From: Rhynchobatus australiae
Taxonomy: Eukaryota
Length of the DNA: 64,000 nt
Assembly (NCBI GenBank): GCA_034780895.1
Contig: JAUZTB010000064.1
Coordinates: 101,124,409-101,188,408 of the forward strand
Direction: 5' to 3'
Positions within the stretch are counted from its first letter, which is position 1. Each line of letters begins with the position of its first letter. Both the position numbers and the translations under genes were made by a program. Positions 23,301 through 37,160 of the stretch are shown here, in pieces. The notes beneath the pieces were generated by a model. That model was not told the DNA's origin, made no database searches, and worked only from the letters and a program-made list of their open reading frames with translations.

Positions 23301-26300
23301 CCTAGGTTAATTACCCAAAAATTCCAAAGTGTAACACCAAGATGTTGTTAGCTAATCTGTCAAGTGCTTCTTTTCCAAGCTGCAGAGCACAGGAGTTTTA
23401 TTTTGCTCTTGTATGTCAGATTCCTAAAACTGCAAATCAATTAAATGATTGTTCACTACACTGCCTCCAACATTCAAAAACCTTCCTTGTTTCTAACTGG
23501 ATGTGATATTTACCTACAATGAAACAGGACATCATTCAGTTTAAAATAAAAGTTGGTCTATTTTAAGAATATCTTTTCAGTTTTTCATTTTAGCAAGCCC
23601 TGTCGGGAAAATGTCTGCATTCCCAAACTGGTGGGAATCGGGGAATCTTCTTGGCTCCAACTTAATCGCACTTTTGGTAATATTTCATTCTGGTGCCTAA
23701 ACTCAAGTCTACCATCTATTTTCTCTTTTCCTTTATTTTTGAAATTAACAATTATATTGCTAAGAACATAAGAATTATTGTAGATAACTTACATAAGGTG
23801 CATGAAGTTCCTGAATCCAATTAAGTCAAACACTTAGCTCTGAGTACTGAAAAGCATTTGGGGCATGAAATTGAGACGAGACTGCAGATGCTGGAAATCT
23901 GGACCACCACACAAAGGCATTGGTGGAACTCAGTGGATCAGGCAGCATCTTTCTTTTTCAATCTTTTTTATTGGTTTTCAAATCAATACNNNNNNNNNNN
24001 NNNNNNNNNNNNNNNNNNNNNNNNNNNNNNNNNNNNNNNNNNNNNNNNNNNNNNNNNNNNNNNNNNNNNNNNNNNNNNNNNNNNNNNNNNNNNNNNNNNN
24101 NNNNNNNNNNNNNNNNNNNNNNNNNNNNNNNNNNNNNNNNNNNNNNNNNNNNNNNNNNNNNNNNNNNNNNNNNNNNNNNNNNNNNNNNNNNNNNNNNNNN
24201 NNNNNNNNNNNNNNNNNNNNNNNNNNNNNNNNNNNNNNNNNNNNNNNNNNNNNNNNNNNNNNNNNNNNNNNNNNNNNNNNNNNNNNNNNNNNNNNNNNNN
24301 NNNNNNNNNNNNNNNNNNNNNNNNNNNNNNNNNNNNNNNNNNNNNNNNNNNNNNNNNNNNNNNNNNNNNNNNNNNNNNNNNNNNNNNNNNNNNNNNNNNN
24401 NNNNNNNNNNNNNNNNNNNNNNNNNNNNNNNNNNNNNNNNNNNNNNNNNNNNNNNNNNNNNNNNNNNNNNNNNNNNNNNNNNNNNNNNNNNNNNNNNNNN
24501 NNNNNNNNNNNNNNNNNNNNNNNNNNNNNNNNNNNNNNNNNNNNNNNNNNNNNNNNNNNNNNNNNNNNNNNNNNNNNNNNNNNNNNNNNNNNNNNNNNNN
24601 NNNNNNNNNNNNNNNNNNNNNNNNNNNNNNNNNNNNNNNNNNNNNNNNNNNNNNNNNNNNNNNNNNNNNNNNNNNNNNNNNNNNNNNNNNNNNNNNNNNN
24701 NNNNNNNNNNNNNNNNNNNNNNNNNNNNNNNNNNNNNNNNNNNNNNNNNNNNNNNNNNNNNNNNNNNNNNNNNNNNNNNNNNNNNNNNNNNNNNNNNNNN
24801 NNNNNAGAGTTGTTGACTGTAAAAGATATTTTACTCTCACCATCACCTTCCCCAATCATTGCGGTGATGTGATGGCACGAACTGGTCTTTCGGTTCAGGT
24901 TTTCTCTGGAGGCAGTGAGGGAGATTTTCGGTTTCCTTTTTTCTCCAACAATTTCCTCATTTCCACACAATTTTTGAAGTAAAAGTGGCATTAAAAATGG
25001 CAAAAGTAGCATGTGCTGAATCACAGCTTAATTGGTTGAAGGGAGGTGCTGATTTCACTTGATATCTTGGCCTAGCTTGGCAAAATCATAGGACAAATCT
25101 TGTGAGTATCTCTCACAACAAGCAAGGACATTTTGAGTGGATTACTAAATACAAGTCTAGCAACTCTGAATCCACCTCAGTAAAACATTCATATAACTTT
25201 TGTTACTGCATGCTTGATATTAAGGCTGTCTAATGTTCAGAATTGCATTTTATTTAAACAATTGTATGACACATAGTTGAGGTGTCAGCTATTCATACTG
25301 ATGTGGTTTGATATTCCTCTGGTGTTACTGCTCTGTGAACGACANNNNNNNNNNNNNNNNNNNNNNNNNNNNNNNNNNNNNNNNNNNNNNNNNNNNNNNN
25401 NNNNNNNNNNNNNNNNNNNNNNNNNNNNNNNNNNNNNNNNNNNNNNNNNNNNNNNNNNNNNNNNNNNAAAATATTTTAATTGGAGAAGAGAACAGTATAG
25501 AAGAAAACGTTTCAAGCCATTAAGCCTCCATGAGCTCTCCTGTGCAACCCAGTTATTTCAACAACCACCCCCTTTCCATATACTTCCTATTTTCTTCAAG
25601 TATTTACACAGTTCTCTTGATACTATTGAATATATTCCCCCCCCCACCCCCCCCCCCCAAATCAACCGGACACTCTTATCATAAACATGTGTAGCACAAG
25701 TTTGTCCTGGTCTCCTCTGGTTATTTTGCAAGTTACCTTAAATCTGTCTCCCCTGATCATCAATCCTTCAACTATTAAAAATAGTTTCTCATCTTCATGC
25801 ATTATATATTTAGGCAATAATTTCTAGCTAGATCACACTTGTTAATTGTATAGATTTAATTTGATTTTTATACTTTGCCTTTATAAAATGCAGGATTCCA
25901 TATCATTTAACTGTTCTGTTCATCTGTCCTACTATTAGTGAAATTTATGTAGATGCCCTTCTCTTCAGCCATCCCCAGAACATNNNNNNNNNNNNNNNNN
26001 TTACACCCACTTTAAAATTTGCCTAATTAGAATGTATTGCCACTCCCTCTTCATGCCAAAACTTACTGCCTCTTTTTTTGCCATACATTTCATCTGTCAT
26101 ATTCCAGCAGATTGTCTTTGTACCCTTGAGGTCTCTTCCTGTCTTCCTCCTGGTCAGTTTACTTTCAAGCTTTGTGTCACTTGCAGATTTCTAAACAATG
26201 CACTGTGCCTCTTACTCCCCTCCCTCCTCCCCACCCCCCAACCAAAGCAATGGTTCCAGTAGTAACTATTGAGGAACTCCATTCCCTACTTCAGTCTGAA

Positions 26301-27020
26301 AAATAGATACTGGGCAATGTTTTTGTGCTTTCAGTCCCAAGGTTAGTTTTGTATCCTTCAGGTTACTGCCTTTTTCATAGGCATGTTCGAAAAACTGAAG
26401 CTTAAGTAATAGTTAATCAAGCATCTTCTGAGAGTGCATATCCAGAACAATTGCATTGCCCATTGCATACCAATTAGCACCATTTCTAAGATTGCATTGA
26501 TTTCTTCTATTCAGAGCTTGGATGAGCAAGGTTAGTTATACTGATCGGGTGCTTGAAAGATGCCAATAATTAAGATCTATCGCCATCATCAACAGCTTAT
26601 CAGTGTGCAGGGTTAATGTCCTCACTAAACCCAAATTTGACTCTGAGCTTTAATAAATGATGACAAACCAGGATTTCTTATTCTGTGATCAATTTGAGAG
26701 ATTACAGTAGTTCAACAAATTTTCTGACACAACAACTTCTGATATATCTCATTCTCAAATTTAATACCAGATACTCGCAGCCATCCCAGTGGTCAATCCA
26801 CTGATGATCTGACCATGTATATTTTCTGCTGACTGACCACCCTCCTTGGTGGCTGAAAGGCTATCCTTTAAGGTGGATCTCTCCTGGCTATCATCAGCTG
26901 TCTTCGTTCTCTATTTAACTTGACCTTGCGACAGCAGTATTAATTAACCCTTAGCCACAAACTGCAAATTTTCCTTGCCCCCTGTTTCTGGCCATGAATA
27001 TGCAAGAATTTGTCTCCAAC

Positions 27021-27785
27021 TATTATTGGTATTGGTTTATTATTGTCACTTGTACCGAGGTACAGTGAAAAACTTGTCTTGCATACCGATTGTACGATTG
27101 GGTTAGTACAGAGTGCATTGATGCAGCACAGGTAAAAACAATAACAGTACAGAGTAAAGTGTCACAGCTACAGAGAAAGTGCAGTGCAATAAGGTGCAAG
27201 GNNNNNNNNNNNNNNNNNNNNNNNNNNNNNNNNNNNNNNNNNNNNNNNNNNNNNNNNNNNNNNNNNNNNNNNNNNNNNNNNNNNNNNNNNNNNNNNNNNN
27301 NTTGGTGAGAGTCAAAGGGGACAAACCAAATTTCTTTAGCCTCCTGAGGAAGTAGAAGCACTGGTGAGCTTTCTTGGCAGTGGCATCTTCGTGATTTGAC
27401 CAGGACAGGCAGTTGGTGATGTTCACTCCCAGGAACCTGAAGCTCTCAACCCTCTCAACCTCAGCACCATTGATGTAGACAGGTGCATGTGCACCTTCCC
27501 CTTTCCTGAAGTAAGTGACCAGCTCTTTTGTTCTGTTGACATTGAGGGAAAGGTTGTTGTCATGGCACCATTCCACTAAGCTCTCTATCTCCTTGCTGTT
27601 CTCTGACTCATCGCTGTTTGAGAAACGGCCTACAGCGGTGGCATCATCTGCAAACTTGTAGATGGAGTTAGAGCAGAATCTGGCCACATAGTCATGAATA
27701 TATAGGGAGCAGAGTAGAGGGCTGAGGACACAGCCTTGTGGGGCACGAGTGTTGAGAATAATCGTGCTAGAGGTGTTGCTATCTT
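27021..27785 (-). mobile_element. Rex1/Babar-type LINE RT and 3' end
   Basis: ORF 27103..27813: APQGCVLSPLL...KFADD...LNVNRTKELV...YFLRRLKKFG; tail tttcactgtacctcggtacaagtgacaataataaa. Confidence 0.88.
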
Positions 27786-29805
27786 GTTTACCATGTGACA
27801 GCTGAACCTTCATTTTAGTATAATTTCAGTAGATAATGAGTGCACGATTAAGTTCACTGCATATGAGGAAAAATACATCAAGTGACTGCATTTTTTTTGT
27901 ATATGACCATCTTTTTTCACTTCATTTTACGCCCATGAATTGGTTGATTTAGTGAACCAGTCCATTGTTATTAAAGTTATGTTTTCATGGCAAGAAGTCT
28001 TGAGTTTACAAAACCACAGCTTGAAGTCTGGATGTTATTTTCACATGTTGACTTGTAAATCTTGACAGCCAGTCCACAGGGGTTCAGAGAAGGAAACAGA
28101 TGATTAAACCTCACAAATACGTGTCAGCACTTTCTTTCCTTCAGTTCATAATCTCTTTATTTTCAATATTTATAACACAGCCCCTTGGTTGCTCACAGCA
28201 TACAAGGGTATTAAGGTGGCCAATTTTGATGTGCGAAGGCCACAAAATTGCCAACTAAGCCCTTTAATATAGGTGCAACTAAATGTGTGCTTGCTGTAGG
28301 TTTGGCTGCAGAGCGTTCCTGGTAACACAGCACACCCTCAATTGCAACCTTTTAGTGAGTTAAGTTCATGGAATAATGTACACTGTAGGTAATACTTTCC
28401 CTAAAACTGCTAATGTTAACAGGTAGTTGAATTTTTAATTACTGCTTATTCGAAGTTTACCAAAACTCAAATAACACAGGACATTTGTGCAATCACTGCA
28501 CATAAATATTTACAAGAAGGCTCTGTCAAGGAGGGCTGCTTAAATTGTGTTCTGTTATAATTGCCATTCCCTATTCCAGTGTAACACACCTATGTCTGAG
28601 ATAATTGTTGCAAAAAATCTCAGAATATAATAAACGGCAGGCAGGCATTGACAGCAACAAACCCACATACTAGTTAATGTGCACTAAGTTTAACTTGAGG
28701 TTTTAATGAAATATTTGAAACTATTACGTACAGTTGTTTTGTAACTGGAATGGATGCTGTCGAGGGCAGATGGTGCTTAACTGCAAGCTTGAAAATCCCA
28801 TCACTAACTGACCTACAAACACATTTAATTTTTTTTTAGCTTGATTGTTGGAAATCTGTGGCAAATATTTTCTGACTTCTGCTTACCCATTTTCACCTGA
28901 CAATTAGAGCGGAGGGTACCCCAAACATCTGTTGGTCAGCCCTGCTTTTTGTTTCATGATTTAGACTTGAACGTGGAATGCATAATAAAGAAGCTTGCAG
29001 GTGACAAAAATTGTCCATGTGGTTAACAGGAAGTAGGGTGGAGAGGAGCTATTTCGTTGATGCAAGGATCAGAAAACTGGATGAGAATGAAGAATGATTG
29101 ACAGAAGGACCAAGAGTGCCATGAGCAAAACACTTTCAGCAGCAAGTGGTCAGGGTTTACAATGCATTGCCAGGTAGTAGTTGAGGAACTTTCAATTGTT
29201 ATATTAAAAAGGGAGTTGAATAACTATCTGGAAGGGAAGAATTTTCAGGGCTGTGGAGAGGGTGGGGAAGTAGAAATAGCTGGATTGCTCTTTCAAAGAG
29301 TTGGTATAGAAATGACAGCCTTTTTGTACAGTAACCACTCTGATTTGGATTTAAAACCCAAGGTAGACCAACTATAGCTTTCACTTGGAGCTTGTGGGGG
29401 AAAAAAAGCACAGAGCACATTCAGGTGGACAAGAGGTTAAGTTTGTGCACATTGGGCTTCTTTAACCTGATTTTTTTTCCCTCCAAAGTTCAGGTAAAAA
29501 AAGATGGAGTGTAGGTCCTGCACTAAGAACCCAGATGTATTACTTCTAAGATAGGTGGTGTTTCTGAGAGTGCAGCTTTCCCACAGAGGTGTAAGAACAG
29601 TGCCTTTTGAGACAAGGGTGATACTTAAAAGTTTCGACTCCTGTAGAATATAATAATATTCCCAATAATATCTAGCAATTTTGACATGCTTTATTAGCAT
29701 TTCAAAAACTTGAAGATTTGATAACAAATTTAACATAATTCAGTCATTGTTTAAAAAAATCAATTTTTGTTCTACTCTGGTGTGATCTCTTCTGTTTTCA
29801 GTATG

Positions 29806-30096
29806 CAGGTGAACCCAGTGTTACAGTTGTTCAGGTTACAGAAATTCACTCTTTATGGAATTTGCAAATCACTATCCAAAAATTTGAGATACAGAAAAAA
29901 ATTCACTCTCGGATCTGTATGAAAGAAATTAAATAAATCAACACAAAATTTATCTCTTTTCCAACTCTCATTTCTTGCACAGATGACACAGCTTTGCATT
30001 GGGAAATCTCAATACGGGCCATGTTCTAAGATTGCAACTCCCCTTTTCTTTTCCCCTCACCCACTCCCCCTCCATCCCCTGCCCACAACATGCCTG
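29806..30096. mobile_element. Tigger/pogo-like MITE, copy 2
   Basis: CAGG...CCTG|TA termini; similar to 2576-2860. Confidence 0.6.
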
Positions 30097-30248
30097 TACC
30101 TCTAATTTGTGAGAACAAAGATTATAACAACTCTGGTCATTGTACTTAAGGTAAAGGTAACTAGCACATGCCAGTGTAACTCTCAGTATAAAATGAATAC
30201 AGGTCACAACATTACAACCTTCGCGTAGCTTTTGAGATTTTTATTATT

Positions 30249-30411
30249 GGGGGCGGCACGGTAGCGTAGTGGTTAGCACGACGCTATTACAGCACCAGCG
30301 ACCTGGGTTCTATTCCCGCCACTACCTGTAAGGGGTTTGTACGTTCTCCCATGTCTGCGTGGGTTTCTTCCGGGTGCTCCGGTTTCCTCCCACATTCCAA
30401 AGACGTACGGG
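30249..30411 (+). mobile_element. V-SINE (HE1-like), 5' part, runs into N gap
   Basis: ggggcggcacggtagcgtagtggttagcac tRNA-like head, B box, V-domain; similar to 1226-1450. Confidence 0.85.
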
Positions 30412-32959
30412 NNNNNNNNNNNNNNNNNNNNNNNNNNNNNNNNNNNNNNNNNNNNNNNNNNNNNNNNNNNNNNNNNNNNNNNNNNNNNNNNNNNNNNNNN
30501 NNNNNNNNNNNNNNNNNNNNNNNNNNNNNNNNNNNNNNNNNNNNNNNNNNNNNNNNNNNNNNNNNNNNNNNNNNNNNNNNNNNNNNNNNNNNNNNNNNNN
30601 NNNNNNNNNNNNNNNNNNNNNNNNNNNNNNNNNNNNNNNNNNNNNNNNNNNNNNNNNNNNNNNNNNNNNNNNNNNNNNNNNNNNNNNNNNNNNNNNNNNN
30701 NNNNNNNNNNNNNNNNNNNNNNNNNNNNNNNNNNNNNNNNNNNNNNNNNNNNNNNNNNNNNNNNNNAAAATGGAGCCTAATGATATAGGTTTTTTGTCCA
30801 TGAAGCCACATAGCACCCTCCTCACCCCCCCCCCCCCCCCCCCAGAATTACAGCAAAATATTTCTGACAGGAGGTTGCCAGGGAAGTCTGGGTAAGGACG
30901 AGTGCTGGCACCTTGGAGAACCTTGTGCCTCCCCTGGTACTCCTGTGAGCTGAAGAAACAGTAGATGAAGTCTTTTCTCTTTGAATATGGAGGGCTTGGG
31001 ACCTCCCTAATGCAGCAGACTCTGAAAAGTGGCAGAGATAAAGTGTAGTAGCATGGAATGATCCTGAGGATAAGCCGAGAGCACCTGTGACCTTGGTTCA
31101 TAGATAGAGCAGATAAGGCACATGAGAAAGTACTTGAGGTCAAAAATCCATCCACGTCTTAGTGAGGACAAAGAATGCAGTTTTGGTTTTGCCGCAGTAA
31201 ATAGCGCATTTTCTGGGAAATGAGTTAAAGCCTTGGAGTTCTGTACTTGTACAAGAGTTGTGGTTTTCAAACTTGAGGCTGAAACTCTCTCAGTGAATGA
31301 ATTTGGCACATAGCACCATTGTTGATATCATTTGGGGGACATTTACCCCAAGTGAAAGTTGCTAGGGTAACCTAATATCCTGCTGAAGAAACAGGAGTTG
31401 AATTTCTATATGGATGCCAAGATCCTCAGAAATGTGTGCAGAATTCCATATTCAGTGGTGCAAGGAAGTTCTTGACATTGTTGTTATCTCTATATCATCT
31501 TGTCTTTGACTCTGCATGGTGACCAGATTTGAACTTGTTCCCCTAATCCCAAATCCTATTGCCGGTTTTAAATCTTGTTCTGGCAGTATGTCTTTTTGCC
31601 AATATTTATTTTAAATATTAAGTTTGGGGAAAGTTGAACTTTGTATCTTATCAAATATTCTCCTGAAATTTAAGCTGTACAAGGACATTGCTGAAATATT
31701 TCAACAACTGTTCCTTTGGTCAGTAAGATACAGCTTTTCCAAAAACAATGTTCCTTTCCTTCTCCAAAGGAAAATCTGAAGCCTAACATTAAGCAGTATT
31801 TAATAGGAAATGGGATCTGTATTCAGTTGTTGCACATAAATGATTTGTTTTTAGAAGTTGAAAGTGCAGTGTTAGCATTTTCAGAGATCTGCAAGTTGAG
31901 AGAGAGGTCAGAGTGGAGAACTGCACAAAATTTATACAGTTGTGCTTGTAAAGTAGCATAATATTTACCATTTATTTGCCTGAAGTCTATGGTGATTTAA
32001 TTCAGTAGGAATAATGAGGCCCTTTGTTCCTTGAGATTTAACCTANNNNNNNNNNNNNNNNNNNNNNNNNNNNNNNNNNNNNNNNNNNNNNNNNNNNNNN
32101 NNNNNNNNNNNNNNNNNNNNNNNNNNNNNNNNNNNNNNNNNNNNNNNNNNNNNNNNNNNNNNNNNNNNNNNNNNNNNNNNNNNNNNNNNNNNNNNNNNNN
32201 NNNNNNNNNNNNNNNNNNNNNNNNNNNNNNNNNNNNNNNNNNNNNNNNNNNNNNNNNNNNNNNNNNNNNNNNNNNNNNNNNNNNNNNNNNNNNNNNNNNN
32301 NNNNNNNNNNNNNNNNNNNNNNNNNNNNNNNNNNNNNNNNNNNNNNNNNNNNNNNNNNNNNNNNNNNNNNNNNNNNNNNNNNNNNNNNNNNNNNNNNNNN
32401 NNNNNNNNNNNNNNNNNNNNNNNNNNNNNNNNNNNNNNNNNNNNNNNNNNNNNNNNNNNNNNNNNNNNNNNNNNNNNNNNNNNNNNNNNNNNNNNNNNNC
32501 ACATGACGTAGATCCCCTTTCAATAACTTTCCAACTTAGAAGAACAGAGTTGATGGCATAATATTGCTCTGTTTCTACTGAGAAATTTTAGTCCAGTCTT
32601 TTTTCTTTTTTTCATTCTTTATGATTATTTATGCCATGATTGTTATCCTGATCTCTTTGTAATACATGTACAAATATTGATGCCATATATTAATCTGTAT
32701 CAATTTGAAAACTAATAAAAAGATTGAAAAAGAAAGGAGAAGCAGGTAGAGCAAAGATGATAGAACCAGGCAGCATCCCAGCTGTAGTGCTGAAGACTCA
32801 AGCTCCAGAACCAGCTGCAGCTCAAGCCAAGGTGTTCCCATGCAATTGCAACACCAGTATCTACCTGACAATATGGAAAATTAACCAGATATGTTTTTTA
32901 AAAGAAGACTCATCTAACTGGCAAATTACTGCCCAATTAGTCAACCTTCCATCAGTGAA

Positions 32960-34140
32960 GTGATAGAATGAATCAAAGGACCATCAATGACATTTATCCA
33001 TCATTAGTCTGCTCTCCAGTGCCCATTTTGTGTTTCAACAGGACCAATAGGCTTTGCCAAAGAGTTGACTTTCATAAGTGAAGTGGTGGTCACTGTTCTT
33101 GCCATCAAAGCAGCATTTGATCAAATCTGGTATTAAGGAGTCATAGTAAAACTGAAATCAATGGGTATCAAGGGGGAAAAAATCTCAATGGCTGGAGTCC
33201 TATTGTGCACAAGGGATCATAGTTCTCATTGTTGGAGTTCAATCATCCCAGCTCTGGGACATTTACTGCAGAAGTTGCTCAATGCAGTGCTCTAAACTCC
33301 ACCATATCCAGCTGCTTCATCTAGGATCTTCCTTGCATTCCCAAGGTAAGAATTATGGATTTTAATGGACAATCGCACATGTCCAATTCCATTCACAGCT
33401 CTTCTGTAAGTGAAGCAGTCCCTGCCCACCAATGGCAAAACTCCAGATAGCATTCAGACTTGGGCTAATAAATGGCAAGTAATATCTGCCCAGTACTTGT
33501 GTGATGTGAATGACCATCTCCAGCAACAGAGTAAAGCCACCCAAACGTGACATTTAGTGGGGTTACACTACCAAGTCTCCACCATTAATATCCTGGTGAT
33601 CACCATTGATTCAGAAACGCAACTTAATCAACCACAAGAATACTGAGTGGATACTATAGTGAGTGTTTTGTCTCCTAATACCCCATAACATTTTCACTAA
33701 CTACGAGGCATAAGTCAGGAGCGTGATCGAATATCCTCCACTTTCCCAGATAAGAACAACACGAGGAAATTCTACATCATCCAGGACAAAGCATTTCACT
33801 TGTTTGATGTCCACCAGCCATCTTAAACATTCATTCCCTCCACCAGCTTTACACTGTGGTTGCAAGGTGTAACATGCACCACAGTTACTCACCCAAACCA
33901 ATGACCTCTATCCTAAAAAAGGCCAAGGTGAACAAAGCAACCTGCAGGTTTCTTCCTATGTTGCACACTGTCCTGATATGGAAATGTATCACTTTTCCTA
34001 AATCCTGGAACTCCCTGCCCAATAATAAAGTTCCTTCATAAGGGGTCTGCAGTGGTTTGAGAAGGCAGCCTGTCGCCATCTTCGGAAGGACGTTTAGGAA
34101 TTGGCAATAAGTAGCGGTCCTGATCCAGCAATGCCCACAC
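32960..34140 (+). mobile_element. Ancient CR1/L2-group LINE remnant
   Basis: Decayed RT (gcagcatttgatcaaatctgg...tggctggagtccta) and 3' end aatcctggaactccct...ggcaataa; minus-strand relatives at ~14980-15460 and ~47050-48180. Confidence 0.6.
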
Positions 34141-34306
34141 GTGGAAAAATGAATATTTTGTTCATCTAGGATCTTCCTTTCATCCTAAGGTAAGAATTAT
34201 GGATTTTACTGGACAATCGCACAATGTCCAATTCCATTCACAGCTCCCCTGTAAATGAAGTAGTCCATGCCTACTTATGGCAAAACCCCAAATAGCACTC
34301 AGACTT
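33316..34306 (+). repeat. ~145-bp local direct duplication (33316-33461 and 34161-34306)
   Basis: Both copies read ttcatctaggatcttcc...aaggtaagaattatggatttt..tggacaatcgcac..tgtccaattccattcacagctc. Confidence 0.85.
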
Positions 34307-35591
34307 TTACTATGTGGAAATGTGAATTGTTTGTTTTAGTCTTGCACTGTACTGCTGCCGCAACACAACAAATTTTATTACATATGTCAGTGATAATAAA
34401 TCTGACTCTGATATTTTTTAAAAATCTGTGTTGAATTGCTTGTTCCTATGCACTAGATACCACATAATTCCTTTATGTATCAAAAATGTATTGAGTCGGG
34501 GGCTGTCTCTGATAAGGTGAAACCAGGTGGGGATAAGCTATAAACAAAGGTGTCAGGCCAACGAGTAAATGGGAGTAATTAGAAATTGAATGGTTGGCAG
34601 GGAGAGAACTGGGTTTTGTATGGAGACATTGCATCCATTCTCAATACATTCTCAATGCAAGGGGAAATTGCATCCATTCTCCGGTGACGTTAGTACTGTC
34701 TTGGCTGGGACACTATAACGATGGGAACACAGCTGATCTGGCTGGGATCAGCACCTGGGGTGTGTCTATATACAGCTCCATAATGGCAAATATGGAGGAA
34801 TCTACAGAGCTATTGAGGAAGTTGCCCCATGGAAGGAAGTGAATGCAGTGAAACCTAAAATTAGATATTATTCCATCTAATTACAACAAACTTCATGACT
34901 TACTTATGCATTATTACAAATTTGCAATTTTGAGGAAAAAGTTGTCTTTCTCTGGGTAAACTTTTTTAACAACGGATGAAAACAGTTATGTAGAAGATCT
35001 AACTAATCAACTTGGAGCGCACTGCATTTTATCATCATCTTCCCTTCACTCCACTATTTTCTCCATCTTCTTCCTGAACCCTACTTTTCTCACCAAATTT
35101 TTGACTAGCCTATCTTCATTGCTCCCCTTAAAGTGTTTTATTTTACATTTAAAAAAAGCTGTAAAATTGCAAGTGATGTTGGAAACATGATGAAGTGTAA
35201 AAACGAAGTGTTGATAGTTTCCTGTCTATTGCCTTCCAATGATTGTGGTAGCTGTGCAAAAAAACCTGGTGAAGGAGAAAGACTTCAAAACAGCATTTAA
35301 AACATGTTAAGATCTAAAGTATGATTTTTGATTCTACCACCCAACCCATTCAATTTTGGTTTATTGGTAAATATAAAAAAACAACTGAAATTGTATTTCT
35401 TGTGATTTTCTTGGTAGATTAGATATATCAGTCAGACTATAACACGTGCATTCTGCTGCATTTCTAACATTTAGTAAGTGTTGTAATCTTGAAAGCTTTG
35501 ACTAAGGCCTGTCATTTTGTATCAGTAATCATTTTTTTGAGATATTGTAAAGCTTTCGTGTAAAATTTAACAAAGTATTTTATNNNNCCAG

Positions 35592-35640
35592 ATCAAAGTA
35601 TTTTAGAACAACTGCTGTTGGAGAGCACTTTACCATAGAG
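35592..35640 (+). CDS. AP1AR: AP1AR coding exon 2 (49 nt)
   Basis: ccag acceptor and gtatgt donor; (G)SKYFRTTAVGEHFTIE resembles human SKYFRTCSRGEHLTIE; phase 2 to 0 fits exon 1. Confidence 0.93.
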
Positions 35641-36189
35641 GTATGTGAAATGCTGTTTATTACACCACCTGAATTGTATATAATTCACCTTTCTTGACAA
35701 ACACACAGTGATGGATGGCTTAAGTACTATTCAAAAATGTTTTTGTTACCATAGGCATGATCAGTATTAGTGTAGGAGAGGGAATTATTAGTGAATAATG
35801 TTGCTATTTGGTGAAATAAGTATGCCATATCTGTGCTATAAATGTAATATTCATTTCATTGTCGAGATGCACGTCTGTACCTTTTTTGGCATGCTCTTTT
35901 GCACGCATAGTTTCTGGATCAAAGCTTTGATGTCTAATGGTGCAACTTTGATTTACCACACCACTACCATAAAAACAAAGCACTTTTGTTAGAGAAAATA
36001 TTACTGAATTATCAAAGAATAACTGTGCAAAATACAGTCTTGATTTCAGTCTAGCAAGGTTTTTGACCCTAATTAGTACAATTGCTGTACTGAATTCTCA
36101 TTTTCTTCTAGTTTGTTTTTAGATTTTAAGACCTTCAGATTCAGTCAGGAGATTTCTTGTGTCCTCTGGAGGATTTATTTGCAGTTAGA

Positions 36190-37160
36190 AGACCATAAGA
36201 CATAGGAGCAGAATAAGGCCATTTAGCCCATCGAGTCTGCTCCACCATTCAATCATGGCTGTTTTTTTTTCCAACCCCATTGTCCCGTCTTTACCATGTA
36301 ACCATTAACCCCCTTACCAATCAAGAATTCTGCCTTAAATACACCCAGTAACTTAGCCTCCACAGCCCTCCGTGGCAATGAATTTCCCACCCTCTGGCTG
36401 AAGAAGTTCTTCCTCAGCTCAGTTTTAAAAGGACATCCCTTTATTCTAAGGCTGTGCCTCAGATCCTAGACACTCCTACTAATGGAAACATCCTTTCCAT
36501 GTCCACTCTATTCAGACCTTTCAGTATCCAGTAGGTTTCAATGAGATTAATGGCGCCCCTGACTTTGCTCATCAGCCATGGTTGCCTTGTCCTCCCCTTA
36601 GAGCGCTGCTGCTTCCTTGGGATGAAATTCTGCTGTGTCTTCCGAGTTACTCCCGGAAACTCCTGCCATTGCTGCTCCCCCGTCTTCCCTGCTAGGGCCC
36701 CTTTCCAATCAACTCTGGCCAGTTCCGCCCTCATCCCTCTCTAGTTACCTTTACTCATCTGTAATACAGTTACATCAGGTTTCAGCTTTTCTCTCCCAAA
36801 CTGCAGGGTAAATTTTATATCGTGGTCACTGCCTCCTAATGGTTCCCTCACCGTAAGGTCCCTGGTCAAGTCTGCCTCGTTATCATGAGCTGCTCTTAAA
36901 AAAAAAATCATCTCATAGACATTCCACAGATTCCTTTTTCCTGCAGTCCACTACCAACCTGATTTTCCCAGTCTACCTGCATATTGACGTTCCCCACTAT
37001 TACTGTAACATTGCCTTTCTCAGATGCCTTTTCTATCTCCTGGTGTATTTTGTACCCCACATCTTGACTACTATTTGGAGGCCTGTGCGCAATTCCCATC
37101 AGGGTCTTTTTGCCTTTTGCAGTTCCTCAACTCTTACCAACAAAGATTCTACATCTTCTA
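36190..37160 (-). mobile_element. CR1 LINE, internally deleted (3' tail joined to endonuclease-region fragments)
   Basis: Minus ORFs 36459..36734 (VDWK...WQEF fused to NLIETYWILKG) and 36908..37099 (HRPPNS); typical CR1 tail at 36190-36240. Confidence 0.8.

Noticed and set aside
23858-25024. Long ORFs (290-374 aa) in the ORF track, and similar ones at 4944-5415, 30287-31155, 32031-32561, 38542-39141, 53227-53724
   Set aside because: They are open only because they span N gaps
30249-30325. tRNA gene-like sequence (also 1226-1290)
   Set aside because: Continues directly into the V-SINE core, so it is a SINE head rather than a tRNA gene
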